A program made the position numbers and the translations under genes. A stretch of DNA of 27,223 nucleotides from Zygophlyctis sp. KS116 (Eukaryota; Fungi; Chytridiomycota). Of this stretch, positions 23,538 through 27,223 are shown piece after piece. Positions within the stretch are counted from its first letter, which is position 1; every line of letters starts with the position of its first letter. The DNA lies in the NCBI GenBank assembly GCA_054661495.1, contig BAAFSQ010000134.1, positions 1 through 27,223 on the forward strand, given 5' to 3'. The notes under the pieces were generated by a model, which saw only the letters and a program-made list of their open reading frames with translations, searched no databases and was not told where the DNA came from.

Positions 23538-25040
23538 ATGAAAAACTTGTATGAAATACTGTTAAATTGTGGGTTTGTTAGCGATCTGAGGAAGCAATGG
23601 TCTGGGATAGAAATAAGACACTTGATTGAATCCCTAGATCACGATCTTAATATTTCCAAAGGGCAAACTGTGTCATATTTCCTTCCCAATAGCCTCGAAT
23701 TTGTGATTTTATTTTTCTTGATCGCAAAGAAGAATGCAGTCTCCAATCCACTGAATCCGGTGTATACTAAACCTGAGATGGAATTTTATCTTTCTGATGT
23801 AAAGTCTGATATTGTTGTGGCACCAAAATCTTTTGATCGCTTAGTGGAACTTGATCAAGTATGTTGCTCTCTAAAGATACCGTTATACATTTTATCTCTT
23901 GAAAATGGAATCTTTTCTGTTCAGTTATACAATTCACTTTACGCCAAAAACGGTCGGACAATAGCAATTGATATGGAGGTAGAAACTGCGTTATTTTTAC
24001 ATACATCAGGAACGACTGGTCGTCCTAAATTAGTACCATTGTCTCACAAAAGTATTTTAACTACTTGTTCAAACATTACAAACACTTATGATTTGTCTGG
24101 ATCTGATGTGTCTTTTTTGGTAATGCCACTTTTTCATGTTCATGGATTAATTGGAGTATTGTTATCAAGTTTATATAGCGGAGGAAATGTAATTATACCT
24201 GGAAAGTTTTCTGCAACCAGTTTTTGGAAAGACTTTGTAAATTTTGGAGCTACTTGGTATAGTGCAGTACCTACAATCCATCAAATACTTTTAAATCATT
24301 CATTTGATGGAAATATTGGAAAATTAAGATTTATTAGATCTTGTAGCTCTAGTCTTGCACCTGCTACATTGAATAAATTGCAACAAAAGTTTAAAGTTGC
24401 AGTAATTGAAGCGTATGCAATGACTGAAGCATCACATCAAATTTCATCAAATTTAAAAAATGATGTTAATCCTGGATCAGTTGGAAAAGGAAGAGGAGTG
24501 CAAGTCAAAATATTTTCAATTGAAGATGATTCACCCCTTGAATTTGGGTCTGTTGGACAAGTGTGTATCATGGGAGAAAACGTGATTTCTGGATACTTTA
24601 ATAATCCAAAAGCAAATTTGGAATCTTTTTTCAATGATGTAAATGGTAAGAAATGGTTTAAAACTGGAGATTTGGGTCTAATTGATTCTAAAGGATACTT
24701 GTGGCTTAAAGGTAGAATCAAGGAAATCATTAATCGTGGTGGAGAAAAGATTTCACCTATTGAAATTGATTCAAAATTATTAGAACATCCTAATGTTGTT
24801 GAAGCCGTCTCTTTTGGAGTTCCTAATGAAATCTATGGACAGGAAATTGAAGCAGCTGTAGTCCTCAATAACTCTAAAATAACGCAGGATGATCTCATTA
24901 ATTTTCTAGCTGATAAAATTGCCAAATTCAAAATTCCAAAAAGAATTCATATATCCAAATCTTTGCCCAAAACAGCTACAGGAAAGATCCAAAGGCGTTT
25001 TGTAGCTCAAGTTTTTATTGAACAAAAATCAAAGCTCTAA
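23538..25040 (+). CDS. PCS60: Peroxisomal oxalate--CoA ligase / acyl-activating enzyme (Pcs60/AAE3 type), 500 aa, intronless
   Basis: AMP-binding motifs LHTSGTTGRPK, MPLFHVHGL, RFIRSCSSSLAP, EAYAMTEASHQ, FKTGDLG, GRIKEIINRGGEKISPIEID and PKTATGKIQRR. Ends in the PTS1 tripeptide SKL. Confidence 0.9.
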   Translation: MKNLYEILLNCGFVSDLRKQWSGIEIRHLIESLDHDLNISKGQTVSYFLPNSLEFVILFFLIAKKNAVSNPLNPVYTKPEMEFYLSDVKSDIVVAPKSFDRLVELDQVCCSLKIPLYILSLENGIFSVQLYNSLYAKNGRTIAIDMEVETALFLHTSGTTGRPKLVPLSHKSILTTCSNITNTYDLSGSDVSFLVMPLFHVHGLIGVLLSSLYSGGNVIIPGKFSATSFWKDFVNFGATWYSAVPTIHQILLNHSFDGNIGKLRFIRSCSSSLAPATLNKLQQKFKVAVIEAYAMTEASHQISSNLKNDVNPGSVGKGRGVQVKIFSIEDDSPLEFGSVGQVCIMGENVISGYFNNPKANLESFFNDVNGKKWFKTGDLGLIDSKGYLWLKGRIKEIINRGGEKISPIEIDSKLLEHPNVVEAVSFGVPNEIYGQEIEAAVVLNNSKITQDDLINFLADKIAKFKIPKRIHISKSLPKTATGKIQRRFVAQVFIEQKSKL

Positions 25041-25143
25041 AATGGAAATCATATTAAAAAATCATTAATTATGTAATCATTGCCTAAATACCAATACCGG
25101 GAATCTATTCCATTGTGAGAATCTTTAGGTTAGGTCTAAAATC

Positions 25144-26609
25144 ATGAAACCGCACCGAATGATTTTGATGTTTCTTCCATTGCTATTGACCGCTAAATTC
25201 CTCCACATCACCGATATACATTTAGATCCATATTATACTGTAGGGTCTACATTACAGTCTTCCTGTCACCACTTTGAAAGCCTAAAATTTGGTAAATCGT
25301 CATCGGCAGGATTATATGTAATTGTCCGATTTTATGTTTAATTTCAGGGGTCTCCGGGATCTGGATGTGATGCCCCTAGAATTTTAGTCAACAAAACATT
25401 TGAGTTTCTAAATCAGACTCTGGATGAATTAGATTTTATAATTTGGACTGGCGATAATGCACGCCATGATAGGTATAATCATTAACTGATTTGATAAGTG
25501 ATCCGCTGATCCCGAGGGACTGGAACGAAATCAAAAGCTCAAATTCCGAATTAACGCAAATTTTCAAGACCATTTTCCATGGGAAAAAGGTTTTACCGTC
25601 AATCGGTAGGAATTTAGTCCGAACTTAAATTTAGGAAATAATGATATTCATCCTCATAATACTCTAGCTTATGATCCTCAAGGGGATAATATGATACTAA
25701 ATACATTTTCAAGATTATGGGAAGATTGGATTCCAAAGGATCAAATTCAAAGTTTTAGGATTCATGGATGTTTTACAATTGATTTAAAGGACAAAATACG
25801 TGGAATTTCATTGAATACTTTATACTTGTTTAATTCAAATGCATATGCAGATGATTGTCATCATGAATCTTCTCCTGGTTATGTTGTTTTAACATGGTTA
25901 GAAAATGTATTAAAAAAAGCAGAAGCTCAAGGTGTAAATGTTTATATTTCTGGTAATTTGACTTTTAGTCTAAAATTTAGGACATGTCCCTCCAAATCCT
26001 GGTAATTTTGTTGATTCTTGCTATGCAAAATTTACCACTATTAGTCAAAAGTATAAACATGTTATACAAGGTCAATTTTATGGTCATATGAATTTAGATC
26101 ATTTTATGTTTCCTGTTGGAGAGAGTTTATATCCTTCAAAACCTAAAATGTTGATCCCTTCATGGATTTCTGTCTATTTTCAAAGCTTATTGAATCATTA
26201 TAAAAGCTTTACAAAGAAAAAGAATGGATGTCTCACTCCTATACTAGTTGCTCCTTCAGTTGTTCCAGCATTTAATCCTGCTTTTCGTGTATTTGATTAT
26301 GAACAAGATGGATCTCTACTAGGATATCAACAATATTTTTCTAATTTGTCTTTTTGGAACTCTATTGACTCTGATAAAACCAATTCGTCTTTTTATACTA
26401 TTTTATATGAACCTAAAACCTCTTATGGACTATCTTCTTTAAATGGTTGTGAATATAAAGATTTTGCAAGACGACTTGTTAAAAGTACTAAATATGATAT
26501 TCTAGTTGATGCAACTCAAGATTTCAGTAATGATAAAAAGATTAGGAATGGAGAATTACTCAAGAGTTATCTTTCAAACATGATGGTTGGAATGCCATAT
26601 GATGTATAA
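25144..26609 (+). CDS. PPN1: Endopolyphosphatase Ppn1-like calcineurin-type metallophosphoesterase, ~450 aa, 5 exons
   Basis: Exons 25144-25317, 25348-25472, 25499-25605, 25635-25952, 25981-26609, with introns of 30, 26, 29 and 28 nt. Splicing restores FLHITDIHLDPYY, GCDAP, IWTGDNARHD, PSI|GNNDIHPHN, SLNTLY, IS|GHVPP, GQFYGHMNLDHF and PSVVPAFNPAFRVFDY. Confidence 0.88.
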
Positions 26610-26633
26610 TAACAGAATATTTTGGTTATATAA

Positions 26634-27223
26634 ATGACAAGTTGTAAGAATGTATTTGAGGATTGTCCGATATTTGTCCGATACCAAGGGCGTGTTGGTA
26701 GCTGGCAGGGTGCCTTTTAACTATTACCAGAGCAATTGCTACTTCTGAGTCCGATCATATCTCTTCCCTCTAAACGTCTATGAGCATATACTTTATTCTT
26801 TAAGAAAACCACAAGTTATTCAGTTTAAGAATCTCCTCTGCTGAGAGCGTCAAATAACTATTTTCATCACTTTTTTGGGGTGGAATGTGGTCTGTCGGAG
26901 CTGTATTTTCATCATTGGAAGCTATCATGGCTCAAATTTGTACATTACATGATTGGCCATCATTTTTCTTACATATCCCACTCTTACATTTGAATCCAGA
27001 TTTACACACTTTCGAATTGCCGTATATCAAACAACGTAAGCAAAGTGACATCTCAATGCTGGATTACATGGATCAATTTAATTACTAAAATGAGAGATGG
27101 AATGTTGTAGTAGATCTTGATAATATTTTAAACAATAAATAAATGGTAAGATAATCTTGTATTTCTAGGGAAAGAAGCTGCTGATGCATTTCTATCTCAG
27201 GCAAAAACTCTAGAAAGTATAAT
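26634..27223 (+). pseudogene. Possible degenerate gene of unknown family (reading frame interrupted by several TAA/TAG)
   Basis: From ATG 26634, removing a 29-nt gt...aag segment (26776-26804) and a 23-nt gtaaga...tag segment (27146-27168) links the pieces, including ORF 26885-27088, into one frame with about 5 internal stops. No family was recognised. Confidence 0.25.
26663..26683. repeat. Direct tandem repeat ttgtccgata x2 (11-bp period), two copies of the TGTCCGA motif
   Basis: Read directly at 26663-26672 and 26674-26683. Confidence 0.7.

Noticed and set aside
25125-25140. ttaggttagg telomere-like repeat upstream of PPN1
   Set aside because: Only two units, which is expected by chance.
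446-26609. Fragmented ORFs read as pseudogenes, sequencing frameshifts or programmed frameshifting
   Set aside because: Every break is bracketed by GTA...AG, and its removal restores the frame and conserved motifs.
1-27223. CRISPR arrays, rRNA, tRNA, transposase or reverse transcriptase genes
   Set aside because: None were recognisable. Nearly all of the sequence is accounted for by host protein-coding genes.

Overview
AT-rich, very gene-dense eukaryotic (fungal) DNA, most likely from an early-diverging, chytrid-like fungus (inferred from gene content and style). The fragmented ORF track is explained by tiny spliceosomal introns. Splicing by hand gives nine intact genes: Sgs1/BLM-type RecQ helicase (~912 aa), RPA2 (~280 aa), midasin MDN1/Rea1 (~4961 aa), a probably inactive OTU-domain protein (~339 aa), a minus-strand 8-Cys GPI-anchored protein (152 aa), two tandem paralogous type II membrane LEA_2/NHL-like proteins, peroxisomal oxalate-CoA ligase PCS60, and a PPN1-like endopolyphosphatase. 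A degenerate, stop-interrupted reading frame lies at the right end. The main signal is the gene-expression architecture. Of 24 inferred introns, 23 are 24-31 nt. All start GTA, most lack the +5G, 20 end TAG, there is no polypyrimidine tract, and internal AGs closer than about 23 nt are skipped. Intergenic gaps fall to 34 and 13 bp. A recurrent TCGGACA/TGTCCGA motif sits near start codons, in first introns and inside the upstream gene's coding tail. Intron models are deduced from restoring the reading frame and conserved motifs, not from RNA data.
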